A DNA stretch of 64,000 bases. Origin: Candidatus Adlerbacteria bacterium (GTDB lineage: Bacteria; Patescibacteriota; Minisyncoccia; Phycocordibacterales; SBAW01). The position numbers were made by a program, and so were the translations under genes. The stretch lies in NCBI GenBank assembly GCA_043784925.1, contig JAYVXU010000025.1, forward strand, positions 22,649-86,648, given 5' to 3'. Below the pieces are notes generated by a model, which did not search any database, was not told the origin of the DNA, and was given only the letters and a program-made list of their open reading frames with translations. This document shows, one piece after another, positions 47,951 through 57,376 of this stretch (positions are counted from its first letter, which is position 1; the number at the start of each line of letters is the position of its first letter).

Positions 47951-47986
47951 ACTAAATTTCTTAAATTAATTATTTCTGAAGTTACT

Positions 47987-48139
47987 CTACGCAATAGGAT
48001 TTTTTCCTTGAATAAGTCGCAAAAGCACCATAATAATTGCTATTACAAGCAGGATATGGATGAGGGAGCCCACAACGTGGAACGCCACTACTCCCAGGAG
48101 CCACAAGATCACAAGAATAGCTGCTATCGTGTACAACAT
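47987..48139 (-). CDS. lmo0937-family small membrane protein (50 aa, not in the ORF track)
   Basis: MLYTIAAILVILWLLGVVAFHVVGSLIHILLVIAIIMVLLRLIQGKNPIA. Confidence 0.88.
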   Translation of the reverse strand: MLYTIAAILVILWLLGVVAFHVVGSLIHILLVIAIIMVLLRLIQGKNPIA

Positions 48140-48228
48140 AATTTTGAGTTTAGTTAATAATACACTCTATTATCTTCATAAACCACATGTGGGAAACATG
48201 AAGAAACCAGATAAGGTTAAAAAAACCC

Positions 48229-50283
48229 TTATTTTTCAACGTATTGTTGAGTTGTGGGATGCAAATGTAGAGATCCCTCCGAACCATTAATTGTTACTGT
48301 TGTGCCGGGTTTATAAGGAGTGTTTGAATGGTCTATGACGACCGGTATTTGGTATTCCCGCGCCACAATTGCCAAATGTGAAAGTATTCCTCCTTCGCGG
48401 GAAATAATCCCGGCAATGGTGCCCATGTATTGAGTCAGTTCAGGGACAAGGCGATCAACAAGTAAAATGCTCCCAGGAATGATTGGGCCAGACAGGTCGC
48501 ATATAAATCCTGTCGCCACACCCGTAGACACTCCAATGACTGCTGTGTTTTGTGGTTCTAACACACTCGCTATTACTGAAGGCAATATGTACCGTGACTC
48601 TGCTTCAAATTTTTTCTTGCGAGCCTCAAGTTGTGCGCTATCAAATTGCATATTTTTTATTTCATCTAAATGTAGGAAATATACAAGTGAAAGGTCAGCA
48701 AGCTTGCCCTCTATATGTTTTATTAATGCTTTTCGCAGTCCGTTCATTGCTAGAACGCTGAGCCGCCGCCCTTCTTCTCGAAGTTCTGCATATTCTTGCG
48801 CCATAACAACAGTAGGTTGCAGCTTTTCCTTTATTGCTGGAAGAAGAGTTGACCATATCTCAATTTCAGTATGGGTTTTGCTTGTAGACGAGATGCTATT
48901 GGCAGTAAAAGGGGACTCGTCTCCTATGTTTATAGAATTACCTAGTAAAGTTGAAAATACTTCTATTAATGAGGGATCAAGTGGATAGGATTTGTTCAGA
49001 GGAAGGGAAATAAATTCAGAAGATGTTCCTATTGAAGAGGTTAGAGCCTCCATAATTTTAAGTGCTTTATCCGCAAGCACGTTCACCATAAAAACTTGCT
49101 CATATATTTGGTCAAAACGAACGAGCCATAGAGCCCACCCTTTCTCTCCTTTGAGTTCTTCTACAAGTTCTTTCATACTTGCCCGCAACTGTGCACGAAG
49201 TGCAGCAGGCGGTTGTAGAGGTAGTTTTTTGAATCGTTGGATATTTTTATGGCTGGTCCAAATGCCGCTTAATTGTCCTACGTGAGGGGTAAGTGTTTTT
49301 CCTCCAAAATAGGAATAGGCAGGAAAAAATTGTTTGATCTCTTTTTCTTTATCTATATAGGGGTGTGAGACAAACTCACGAAATATGGTATCTGCTTTAA
49401 ATTCTATCTGTAAGGATTTGTATACTCTCCCAATCGCCCCCTGTTGTGTATGGAGTAACTGTAAAATTTCATAGGAAAGCGGTGTGGATTGTACGAACGC
49501 TTCGCTCAAGGTTGTTTGGTCAAAATAATATGGCGGGTCTTTTACTTCTTGCTCAATGAAGCAGTATCCTTCATACCGCTCGCGCGACACGGTGGTTACC
49601 GGGCGAGTTTGGACAATGTATAATTTGTGATCTGACGCGAGCACCCACTCTATATCTTGAGGGAAGTTATATTTTTTTTCGATTTGCTCGGCCGCGACTG
49701 TTAGTCGCTGTAAACCAGGAAATAATTCTTTTATGATGGGGGAATTGTGTACCATTGAAACTCTTTCAACTGGACCGCCACCTACCACTTTATTTTCTGT
49801 ACCTTTCGTCCACTCCACAATCATTTCCCGTCCAACAATTGGATTTCGAGTAAACACCACGCCTGCGTATTCGGGTTCAATATATTTTTGGATAATAATT
49901 GAAAATGGTTTTGTGTCAGTTGCTGAGCCTTTGATTTGCGCATCATGAATAACTTCCATGATCGCGGTGCCAATTTCCGAGGCCTTAATATTGAGGAGGC
50001 TTTTAAATTGTCCCGCTTGTGAGTGGGTAGCCTGGTCCTCACTGAGAGCTGCAGAACGCACAGCAAATCTCATCGTGTTGAGCGACTCTGCTTCTTTTGT
50101 GACGTTGATAAGAATTAGCTCTGCTCCTTCAGAGTCCTTACCCATTTGTTCGACTACAGCCGCACGAATAACAACAAAGGGTGGGACGGTAAACCCGGCT
50201 TGAATAAGCTCAGCCAAACGCACTGCTTTTGCTCCTATCCCAGTTGCGTTCCTTAGTATCTCCTCACTACTAGTTGTCACCAT
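48229..50283 (-). CDS. PEP/pyruvate-binding ATP-grasp plus His-swivel protein (RPH-like dikinase architecture)
   Basis: GAKA, AVRSA..ED..AGQF, QDIEW, QTRPVT, SHLAIVARE motifs. Confidence 0.88.
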   Translation of the reverse strand: MVTTSSEEILRNATGIGAKAVRLAELIQAGFTVPPFVVIRAAVVEQMGKDSEGAELILINVTKEAESLNTMRFAVRSAALSEDQATHSQAGQFKSLLNIKASEIGTAIMEVIHDAQIKGSATDTKPFSIIIQKYIEPEYAGVVFTRNPIVGREMIVEWTKGTENKVVGGGPVERVSMVHNSPIIKELFPGLQRLTVAAEQIEKKYNFPQDIEWVLASDHKLYIVQTRPVTTVSRERYEGYCFIEQEVKDPPYYFDQTTLSEAFVQSTPLSYEILQLLHTQQGAIGRVYKSLQIEFKADTIFREFVSHPYIDKEKEIKQFFPAYSYFGGKTLTPHVGQLSGIWTSHKNIQRFKKLPLQPPAALRAQLRASMKELVEELKGEKGWALWLVRFDQIYEQVFMVNVLADKALKIMEALTSSIGTSSEFISLPLNKSYPLDPSLIEVFSTLLGNSINIGDESPFTANSISSTSKTHTEIEIWSTLLPAIKEKLQPTVVMAQEYAELREEGRRLSVLAMNGLRKALIKHIEGKLADLSLVYFLHLDEIKNMQFDSAQLEARKKKFEAESRYILPSVIASVLEPQNTAVIGVSTGVATGFICDLSGPIIPGSILLVDRLVPELTQYMGTIAGIISREGGILSHLAIVAREYQIPVVIDHSNTPYKPGTTVTINGSEGSLHLHPTTQQYVEK

Positions 50284-51493
50284 ATTTTTTATAGAATCCT
50301 ACACCTGACACCGTGTGCGCTACTCCTTGGTCGAGCAGTGTGCCTTCAACATATCCCTTTGTTGACCCTACTTCGAAAGGTGTACGAAGGCTGACGTTAA
50401 TATTTTCAATAGCAAGCTCGGGAATGTTGCCCGTAAAGTTGTGAAGCTGGTCGGAATACAAAAGGACACCAGTAAATGCTTTACGGGAGCTTGCGCTTAA
50501 GTTACGTCGAAGCGCCCAAAGGTGGGACGAGTAATGAGGTGATTCCTCTGTCACCCGTGACTTATCTAAAAGATAAAATGTACCCACTTCATCCCAAAGT
50601 ACAATTTGCGTTGCATCTGATTTGAGTTCATTGAACCCCTCAAAAAATATAGTAGGACGGGAGTCTGTAGAATAAATTCGTTGATATAAAACCTTGCCAC
50701 TAATTGTGTCGTGCGAACTTTGAACTGTAGCATCTCCTACACTTATATACTCAGTATTTTCGGGTTCGTTTTTAACTAAAAAATCTCCTTGTAGCTCACT
50801 TGTTTTCATACTATAAGTAACCCCATTGCGAGTAAACGAAAAATTAAATCTCTCCCGCGATGAATGGTCGGGGGCTACTTGACGTGCAAATGTTGTAAAT
50901 AAAAGAGTGGGCAATACAGAGGGTTCAGGAGATAGTTGGCTCTCGTATCCTTTACTCGTATTTTCAGCATTAATTGTTGATAATAAATAGTAATGTAAAA
51001 AACTTCCATGTGGTTGCTCAACCCGATTTGCAAAGATTTCCAACACCAGTGGCTCCCCATTTGTTTTATGGCCCACAAACATAAACCTATCTGAATAAAA
51101 TTGATGACCGCTTGTAGTTTGAGTGCCAGGTGTAGTAGTTGCAGTGGTCGGTGTTGGATAATAATAAACGATTGGAGTTTGGGGTCGAAATACATGGAGA
51201 AGTCCATACGACCACAGGGCGAGTATGGTCAGAGTTGCACAAAATAAAAATAGCCACCTCATTCGTGTGTTGTGAAAAAGCTGACTTATCATTGGGGTAA
51301 TTGATGCGAATGTTCCTAAAACAATTGCTCCAACAAAAGCCCACGCCTGGCCCACTTGGCTTCCTAATGAAAATAGGACATCTGGTGGCAAAACTGCAAA
51401 AGTCGGCTGGGGGAGCGCACTCACTCCAACCAAGACTCCTAAAAATAAAAATCCCATTTGCAAAAAAGAAACCCTGCTCATTTCCTCAAGCAT
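50270..51493 (-). CDS. Exported/membrane protein of unknown function overlapping the dikinase gene
   Basis: Signal-like segment, two TMs, Thr linker, beta-rich domain; 14-nt overlap. Confidence 0.75.
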   Translation of the reverse strand: MLEEMSRVSFLQMGFLFLGVLVGVSALPQPTFAVLPPDVLFSLGSQVGQAWAFVGAIVLGTFASITPMISQLFHNTRMRWLFLFCATLTILALWSYGLLHVFRPQTPIVYYYPTPTTATTTPGTQTTSGHQFYSDRFMFVGHKTNGEPLVLEIFANRVEQPHGSFLHYYLLSTINAENTSKGYESQLSPEPSVLPTLLFTTFARQVAPDHSSRERFNFSFTRNGVTYSMKTSELQGDFLVKNEPENTEYISVGDATVQSSHDTISGKVLYQRIYSTDSRPTIFFEGFNELKSDATQIVLWDEVGTFYLLDKSRVTEESPHYSSHLWALRRNLSASSRKAFTGVLLYSDQLHNFTGNIPELAIENINVSLRTPFEVGSTKGYVEGTLLDQGVAHTVSGVGFYKKYGDN

Positions 51494-51575
51494 AGCATGG
51501 AGTAAATAACCCCTTATTTGTTGGAGTAATTAAGGCGTGGTAGAGTGCGAGTATTATTTTTAGTATGTATATAGT

Positions 51576-52034
51576 ATGACGCACACAGAAGTGAGGGAGA
51601 GACCGGTTTTGTTATTTATTGGAGTCGTGTTGCTACTAATAGGAATCTACGGGGCCCTTCGAACCGTCATTAACATGGTAGCTTTTGAAAAATATCCCCA
51701 AACGGGAGTTATAGGAGCTGTGCCTTGGAGCGGTATACAGCCGGCACCTAGTTATCAGCGGGAGCAAGATTGCGAAACTTCCTACGTATATACTCCTCAG
51801 TTATTTTATGAAAAGGACGGGGTGACAAGTCGTACACCAAACGCAGACGAGAAGCTTCAAATGGAGCAACAGAAGCAATTAAATGATACCCAACTAAAAA
51901 ATTGTATCTCAGGAGTAAAAGAGGCGCGTGATGTTGCAAAAATAAATGATATAACCCAGTCGCTGCTACTCTTGTTTCTCGGTGGGAGTGTGCTGCTTTA
52001 CCGCCGTATTTTAAAGCTGGCTTCTTGCATATAA
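51576..52034 (+). CDS. Two-TM hypothetical protein with a paired-Cys loop
   Basis: TM-loop(C...C)-TM. Confidence 0.7.
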   Translation: MTHTEVRERPVLLFIGVVLLLIGIYGALRTVINMVAFEKYPQTGVIGAVPWSGIQPAPSYQREQDCETSYVYTPQLFYEKDGVTSRTPNADEKLQMEQQKQLNDTQLKNCISGVKEARDVAKINDITQSLLLLFLGGSVLLYRRILKLASCI

Positions 52035-52118
52035 ATCTGTAAAAAGTTGACAGGTGCCGGGTTTTGTGATACACCCATTAAGGGTGGGGATTATCCTCAA
52101 TCCTAAACGGAGGGCCAC

Positions 52119-52541
52119 ATGGCCAACAAACCAGATCTTCAAGTTCTCGCTACCCTTGCCGGGCCGCGTATCGGGCGTCTTTCGAAAGCGGAATTGACCG
52201 CTACGAATGTGGCAAAGATTTTATCTATCCTCGAAATGGGGTTGGAAAGATTTCAAGCCGCACCCGTTGTTTCTACAAAAGCGCGTGCTCAGTCCCCGGA
52301 TCGGATTCAAGAGGAGGTGAACAACGATCTCCTCACGTGCCGCGAATGTGGGCGGGAGATGAAAATGTTGAAACGCCACATTTGGACCGAGCACCGGCTG
52401 ACCCCTGACAATTACCGGGATAAGTATCGCTTAACGGCTGACAGCTCTATGACGGCGCCAGGGTACGCAGCGGTTCGCTCTCACTTGGCGAAAGAGTCAG
52501 GTCTTGGTAAGAGTAACACCAAGGGTGTGGGGCGAAATTAG
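52119..52541 (+). CDS. MucR/Ros family zinc-finger transcriptional regulator
   Basis: LTCRECGREMKMLKRHIWTEHRLTPDNYRDKYRL...MTAPGYA..RS.LAK..GLG. Confidence 0.9.
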   Translation: MANKPDLQVLATLAGPRIGRLSKAELTATNVAKILSILEMGLERFQAAPVVSTKARAQSPDRIQEEVNNDLLTCRECGREMKMLKRHIWTEHRLTPDNYRDKYRLTADSSMTAPGYAAVRSHLAKESGLGKSNTKGVGRN

Positions 52542-52571
52542 GCTCACTGATTGCAGCGTTCGGTACTGTTT

Positions 52572-52616
52572 ATAGCTCGGCCCGGGGTAACACCCTAGGC
52601 CGAGCTATTTTATTTT
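52572..52616 (+). terminator. Intrinsic terminator
   Basis: ATAGCTCGGCC...GGCCGAGCTAT followed by TTTATTTT. Confidence 0.75.
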
Positions 52617-52649
52617 CAAATTAGTTTCAAGTGGTTATAATAGCCTTAT

Positions 52650-53540
52650 ATGCAAAAAATAACACCACATTTTTGGTTTAACACCGAAGCGAAGGAAGCT
52701 ACTGCCTTTTACACCACTCTTTTTCCTGACTCAAAAGTGACAAGCGTGACCACAATTACTGATACACCTTCTGGCGATTGCGATATTGTGACTTTTGATT
52801 TGGCAGGGCAAAATTTTATGGCTATAAGTGCGGGGCCTTATTTTACACTCAACCCTTCAATCTCCTTGTTTGTTGTATTTAACCAGGAGTCTGAAATTGA
52901 AGAGGTTTGGAATAAGCTTAGCGATGGAGGCAAGATTTTGATGCCATACGACACTTATCCATGGGCTCAAAAATACGGTTGGCTTCAAGATAAATATGGT
53001 TTGTCATGGCAACTGTCCATGAGCGGGCCCCACAAACTCGAGCAGAAAATTACTCCTATGTTCATGTTTACGCAGGCGCAAGCGGGCAAAGCAAAAGAGG
53101 CAATTGAAGTGTATACAAATATTTTCCCTAATTCAAAAATAGAAATGCTCGTGCCTTACGAAAAAGGAGAAGGGGATACTGAAGGATTTTTGAAGCATGC
53201 GCGCTTTATATTAGCCGGACAAAATTTCATGGCCATGGATAGCTCTGGAAAGCACGAATTTATCTTTAATGAAGCTGTGTCTATGGTTGTCACCTGTGAC
53301 ACCCAAGAAGAAATTGATAGGTATTGGGAGAAATTATCTGCAGTGCCGGAGGCAGAGCAATGTGGTTGGCTCAAAGACCAGTTTGGTGTTTCGTGGCAAA
53401 TTGTCCCTACTGTACTGAGGGAAATGATGACCAAGGGCACATCAGAGCAAAGAGGGAGAGTTACTCAAGCATTCCTTAAGATGAAAAAATTTAATATTAA
53501 AACTTTAGAAGAAGCCTTTCAAAACGCACAAGACTTTTAG
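52650..53540 (+). CDS. Two-domain VOC (PhnB/3-demethylubiquinone-9 3-MT-like) protein
   Basis: QKITPHFWF, GWLQDKYGLSWQ, CGWLKDQFGVSWQ motifs. Confidence 0.92.
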   Translation: MQKITPHFWFNTEAKEATAFYTTLFPDSKVTSVTTITDTPSGDCDIVTFDLAGQNFMAISAGPYFTLNPSISLFVVFNQESEIEEVWNKLSDGGKILMPYDTYPWAQKYGWLQDKYGLSWQLSMSGPHKLEQKITPMFMFTQAQAGKAKEAIEVYTNIFPNSKIEMLVPYEKGEGDTEGFLKHARFILAGQNFMAMDSSGKHEFIFNEAVSMVVTCDTQEEIDRYWEKLSAVPEAEQCGWLKDQFGVSWQIVPTVLREMMTKGTSEQRGRVTQAFLKMKKFNIKTLEEAFQNAQDF

Positions 53541-53999
53541 ATGCTTCAAAAAATAAAAACTAAAAATGCGTTTGACCCACGCTTCACACCGGAACTTACT
53601 CCAAAAGAAACGCTTGAACTCGGGGTTTTTGGTGGAGTATATTTTGGGGATAAGCCTAAAGAATTTCCCCAAGACTGGTTTAAAAACGCAAAATTGTCAC
53701 CCGATGGAAAGCGGCATAAGGAACTCAATTATTTCAAGGTGCATGCGAGTCAATCGCTAGCGGTGTGGCAAGCGAAGGGTTGGATACACCCGCAAGATCC
53801 ACGGGGGTGGTTTGAGTGGTACTGCAGGTACTACTTAGGACGCCGAACAGAAGATGATGAGAGGCAAATTAAACGGTGGGTCGCCATGCGAAGACACATA
53901 GCTCAAATTAAAAATAATTGCCGCACGGGCGACCTATTCTGCCGACCTGGCCAAAGACAAACCCTCCTCCACTGGGCCTATGACTCCAGAGTGATGTAA
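53541..53999 (+). CDS. Conserved hypothetical protein
   Basis: FTPELTP..LGVFGG.Y, DPRGWFEWYCRYY.GRR, QIKRW, RQTLLHWAYD. Confidence 0.8.
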   Translation: MLQKIKTKNAFDPRFTPELTPKETLELGVFGGVYFGDKPKEFPQDWFKNAKLSPDGKRHKELNYFKVHASQSLAVWQAKGWIHPQDPRGWFEWYCRYYLGRRTEDDERQIKRWVAMRRHIAQIKNNCRTGDLFCRPGQRQTLLHWAYDSRVM

Positions 54000-54012
54000 A
54001 AAAGTTTAAAAA

Positions 54013-54229
54013 TTATTTAGAATACTTTTCGTACCAGGTATTCACAAAAATTTCTGAGGGGTCGTATTTCTTTTTTGCAGCAAAAAAAGCATCAACTTCG
54101 GGGTATGCCTTGTGTAATTGTTCTTGTGAATAGTACAGCTGATAATGTAGATAAAATGTGCCTCCTGCATTTTCGGCAAGATCTATAAGATCGGTCGTAG
54201 TTTTCTGCGAGTGTGAGGTAATACTGCAT
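54013..54229 (-). pseudogene. C-terminal remnant of a FAD-binding oxidoreductase
   Basis: LIDLAENAGGTFYLHYQLYYSQEQLHKAYP...KKKYDPSEIFVNTWYEKY without a start codon. Confidence 0.75.
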
Positions 54230-54624
54230 CATCCAATTTTACTCATAATAAAATATGTGATGGTCGACACGGATGCGGCTAATACTGCTCCCCATATCAA
54301 ATCAACAAGGGTGACCAACAAAGGCCAATCCCGGGCAACCGCTAAATTAGTAAGGTCATAGGTTGCGTAACACACCAAACCGAATAGGGCACCAAAAAGT
54401 AGAGCGTGCGTCCACGAACCTTTTTCGACAGCAGGAGTAATAACAAACACGACCAATCCCGAGATAAAAATCAGATAAAAAATAATTGCTGCCGCCCAAT
54501 TTATATCCGCTTTCATTAAGCCGCCAATTTGGGCCCGATAAAAATTCTTTGCAATGAGACCAAGCCAAAGCATATCGATGGCAAAAAAAACTGGAAGTGC
54601 TATAGCGTAAAGTTTTATAAACAT
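54229..54624 (-). CDS. DUF2177 family membrane protein
   Basis: DMLWLG, YATYDLTNLA, DLIWG motifs. Confidence 0.92.
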   Translation of the reverse strand: MFIKLYAIALPVFFAIDMLWLGLIAKNFYRAQIGGLMKADINWAAAIIFYLIFISGLVVFVITPAVEKGSWTHALLFGALFGLVCYATYDLTNLAVARDWPLLVTLVDLIWGAVLAASVSTITYFIMSKIG

Positions 54625-54785
54625 AGTGTGGGTTTATTTTTAATACGAAACTATTTAAACATTTTAGTAAAATATCGAAGGAAGATGTTTGTGCACTATT
54701 TGTTTATACGGTTATAGTATAGTCAAAAAATCTTTTGATAGCTATATTTGGTCTAGAACCTCCGCTGCGTGTTAAACTTAAACTC

Positions 54786-55451
54786 ATGAAAAAAGTTTTG
54801 TACACCCTTTCTTTCCTAATTGGACTCTCCTTTATTTTATTTACAGCTTATTTTTTAACGCAAGATTTCCCTATATACGATAGGTTCTATAGTCCTCAAG
54901 TAAGAAATGAGAGGGACTTAAAAAGAATCAGGCTCAGTTTGCCCAAGCAAGTTGGTGACTTTGTGCTCCAAGTATCTCTCAAAAATTCAGACATAATTCA
55001 AATATATGAAGGGTGTTTTGATAAATATAGCCAGGGTACAGTAGATGAGTCGCTTGCGGTGTTGTGCGAAAGAGAAATTATTGCAAGGTATAAAAATCCT
55101 CGGAGTGATAAAGAAATGACTGTTGATTTCCTTTCAAACTTCAAGAGTTTGGACGATTATAATTCGCATATAAATAAGTCATTCATTGAAAAGCAGTTAC
55201 ATGGATATAAGATTTTTCGTTTTAAAACCGAGACGGATAACGAAGTTCTCTGGTATCCAGAGGAGAAAAGAAATTTGGTTTTAAATAGTTTAGGTTGGTA
55301 TCCTAAAAAACTCATTACGACCATAGGTGTGCAACAATCAAAAATTATAAGCTTACCTGATGGTGGAGTGAGTACTGATCTAAGAGAACCTATAGATACA
55401 GAAAGCCCCGTTATTTTATATTTTCTAGAAAAATACCCACCCAAAAAATAA
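54786..55451 (+). CDS. AT-rich hypothetical membrane-anchored protein
   Basis: N-terminal TM; ends FLEKYP. Confidence 0.6.
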   Translation: MKKVLYTLSFLIGLSFILFTAYFLTQDFPIYDRFYSPQVRNERDLKRIRLSLPKQVGDFVLQVSLKNSDIIQIYEGCFDKYSQGTVDESLAVLCEREIIARYKNPRSDKEMTVDFLSNFKSLDDYNSHINKSFIEKQLHGYKIFRFKTETDNEVLWYPEEKRNLVLNSLGWYPKKLITTIGVQQSKIISLPDGGVSTDLREPIDTESPVILYFLEKYPPKK

Positions 55452-55580
55452 AAGATACTTATGTGTTTTAGGATGCGTCAAGTTTGCGTTATTTTGATTG
55501 AAAAGATGTAGGACAGAGCTAATCCTTTCAATGTTTTATACAAAACTTAAACTCTGGAGTTGGGTGCTTATTCGCTATGT

Positions 55581-55629
55581 TTGACAGAAGGATCCAATAG
55601 AAATATACTTAACAATGTGGTTAAGTATA
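55581..55629 (+). promoter_or_regulatory. Promoter TTGACA-17-TATACT with overlapping ArsR operator
   Basis: Perfect inverted repeat TATACTTAAC-N6-GTTAAGTATA covering the -10 box and GTG start. Confidence 0.8.
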
Positions 55630-55946
55630 GGACAGAGGAAATTTTTGCGGCTTTAGGGCAACCAATACGCAGGCAAATGGTCGAGAAGTTGGCTCGGCAG
55701 GGGAGTATGTCAATCTCTCTGATGGCAGAGCCATTTGCAATCTCTCTTCCTGCTGCGCTCAAGCATACGCAAGTGCTTGAAGAGTGCGGTTTGATCACTC
55801 GCGCAAAGCTTGGGCGCGTGCAGTATTGCACGCTCAATCCCCAAGCTTTTGAAGAAGTGGTGGGCTGGCTCATGGTGCAACAGTCATTTTGGGACAAGAG
55901 TTTTGATAGGCTCGAAAAACACTTTACTCATAATAAAAAGAAATAA
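55617..55946 (+). CDS. ArsR/SmtB family regulator
   Basis: FAALGQPIRR, LKHTQVLEECGLI motifs. Confidence 0.92.
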   Translation: MVKYRTEEIFAALGQPIRRQMVEKLARQGSMSISLMAEPFAISLPAALKHTQVLEECGLITRAKLGRVQYCTLNPQAFEEVVGWLMVQQSFWDKSFDRLEKHFTHNKKK

Positions 55947-55949
55947 GCT

Positions 55950-56390
55950 ATGGCTGAAATTGGATTCACGACCACACGCACATTTAATGCTTCTCCGGAA
56001 GAAGTGTTTGAAGCGTGGACTAATCCCGAAGAGTTGGCCCGTTGGCATGGCCCCGAAGGGTTTACAAATGTTATACATTTGCATGATCTGCGTGAAGGAG
56101 GCGAATATCGCCTTACTATGAAGTCGCCGGATGGAAAGGACCATAGTTTGCGTGGGCAGTTTAAGACAATTGAAAAGCCTACTCGACTTGTCTTTACTTG
56201 GCAGTGGGAAGAGGGTGGGAAGGACGACACGCTTGGACATGAAACTCTAGTGACGGTGGAGCTTAAGCCCAAAGGTACAAAAACAGAAATGACCTTCACA
56301 CACTCTGGTTTTACTAGTGAAGAAGCGAAAAAAGGGCATGAAGACGGTTGGACAAGCAGCTTTAAGAAGCTCGAAGCGTTGTATAGCTAG
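55950..56390 (+). CDS. SRPBCC/AHSA1 family protein
   Basis: PEEVFEAWTNPEELARW, LVFTW, GW motifs. Confidence 0.92.
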   Translation: MAEIGFTTTRTFNASPEEVFEAWTNPEELARWHGPEGFTNVIHLHDLREGGEYRLTMKSPDGKDHSLRGQFKTIEKPTRLVFTWQWEEGGKDDTLGHETLVTVELKPKGTKTEMTFTHSGFTSEEAKKGHEDGWTSSFKKLEALYS

Positions 56391-56433
56391 ATTCGAAAAT
56401 AATAGATATTTATTACAATAACAAAAACAATAT

Positions 56434-56769
56434 ATGAAAAAATATATAGCACTGTATCTCGCCCCTGTTTCCGCAATGGAGCAAATGATGAAAAATTCAT
56501 CACCTGAAGATAGGAAAAAAGGCATGGAAGCGTGGATGGGTTGGGCAAAGGGCTTAGGGTCGTCGATGGTAGAGTTGGGAACTCCTCTTGGTCATAATAA
56601 AAAAGTGACTCCTGAGGGAGTGTCAGATACTAAAAACGACGTCTGCGGGTATTCAATAGTAGAAGCAGAGTCTCACGATGCCGCAACTGAATTTTTTAAA
56701 AACAGCCCACACCTTCAAATCCCTGGTGCGTCAGTCGATGTGCTCGAGTGCATGTCGATGAACATGTAA
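56434..56769 (+). CDS. YciI-like protein
   Basis: WMGW...G.PL...GYSIVEAES...PH pattern. Confidence 0.8.
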   Translation: MKKYIALYLAPVSAMEQMMKNSSPEDRKKGMEAWMGWAKGLGSSMVELGTPLGHNKKVTPEGVSDTKNDVCGYSIVEAESHDAATEFFKNSPHLQIPGASVDVLECMSMNM

Positions 56770-56788
56770 GTAAAAGAAAAAAGCTTTA

Positions 56789-56820
56789 CAAAAAGACAGT
56801 CAAGAATGGCTGTCTTTTTG
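56789..56820. terminator. Intrinsic terminator
   Basis: CAAAAAGACAGTCA...TGGCTGTCTTTTTG. Confidence 0.75.
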
Positions 56821-56944
56821 GTTGTATAATCTGAAAGAATTTTTGCGCCCAACTAATTCGACCTACATTAAAAGGTGTTCCTGTTTTGAGAATGAGACAT
56901 TAAAACCATATAGTCTATATTGCAAAGGTTTTTCACATGCTATA

Positions 56945-56964
56945 TTGTTCGCATATGCGAACAA
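56945..56964. promoter_or_regulatory. Candidate MntR/DtxR operator
   Basis: Perfect palindrome TTGTTCGCAT-ATGCGAACAA overlapping the start codon. Confidence 0.7.
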
Positions 56965-57371
56965 ATACTTTGACGTCGGTTAAAGAAGATTATTTGCGTG
57001 CAATTTTTCTTATACAAGAAAAAAATGACCATTCAATAAAGCTGGTTAACGTCGCAGATAGACTTGGCCTCAGTCGCTCGACTGTTACCGAGCGCATTCA
57101 AGAACTAATTGCGCAAGGATATTTGGTACGCAAAGAATCATCACAGCTTGCATTTACTAAGCGTGGATTTACCGCTGCAAAAAAACTAACGCACAAGCAC
57201 CGTATGATAGAAGTTTTTTTGCACGACGTATTGCACATTCCTAAAAACAAAGTTCATGCAGAAGCTCACAAACTTGAGCACGCGATGAGCGACGAGGTGA
57301 TCAAAAAACTAGGGTCCTTTCTTGGCAATCCGCTCTACGACTCTCACGGCAAACCTATCCCTCCTTTATAA
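56955..57371 (+). CDS. mntR: MntR/DtxR family metal-dependent repressor
   Basis: [29 protein letters not shown] motifs. Confidence 0.9.
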   Translation: MRTNTLTSVKEDYLRAIFLIQEKNDHSIKLVNVADRLGLSRSTVTERIQELIAQGYLVRKESSQLAFTKRGFTAAKKLTHKHRMIEVFLHDVLHIPKNKVHAEAHKLEHAMSDEVIKKLGSFLGNPLYDSHGKPIPPL

Positions 57372-57376
57372 AAAAT

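Noticed and set aside
48229-50283. Canonical PEP synthase (ppsA)
   Set aside because: It lacks the C-terminal PEP/pyruvate TIM-barrel domain
54013-54624. TGA read-through (genetic code 25) fusing DUF2177 to the oxidoreductase tail
   Set aside because: The tail is in frame, but other genes end in TGA and conserved genes have no internal TGA; a deletion scar explains it
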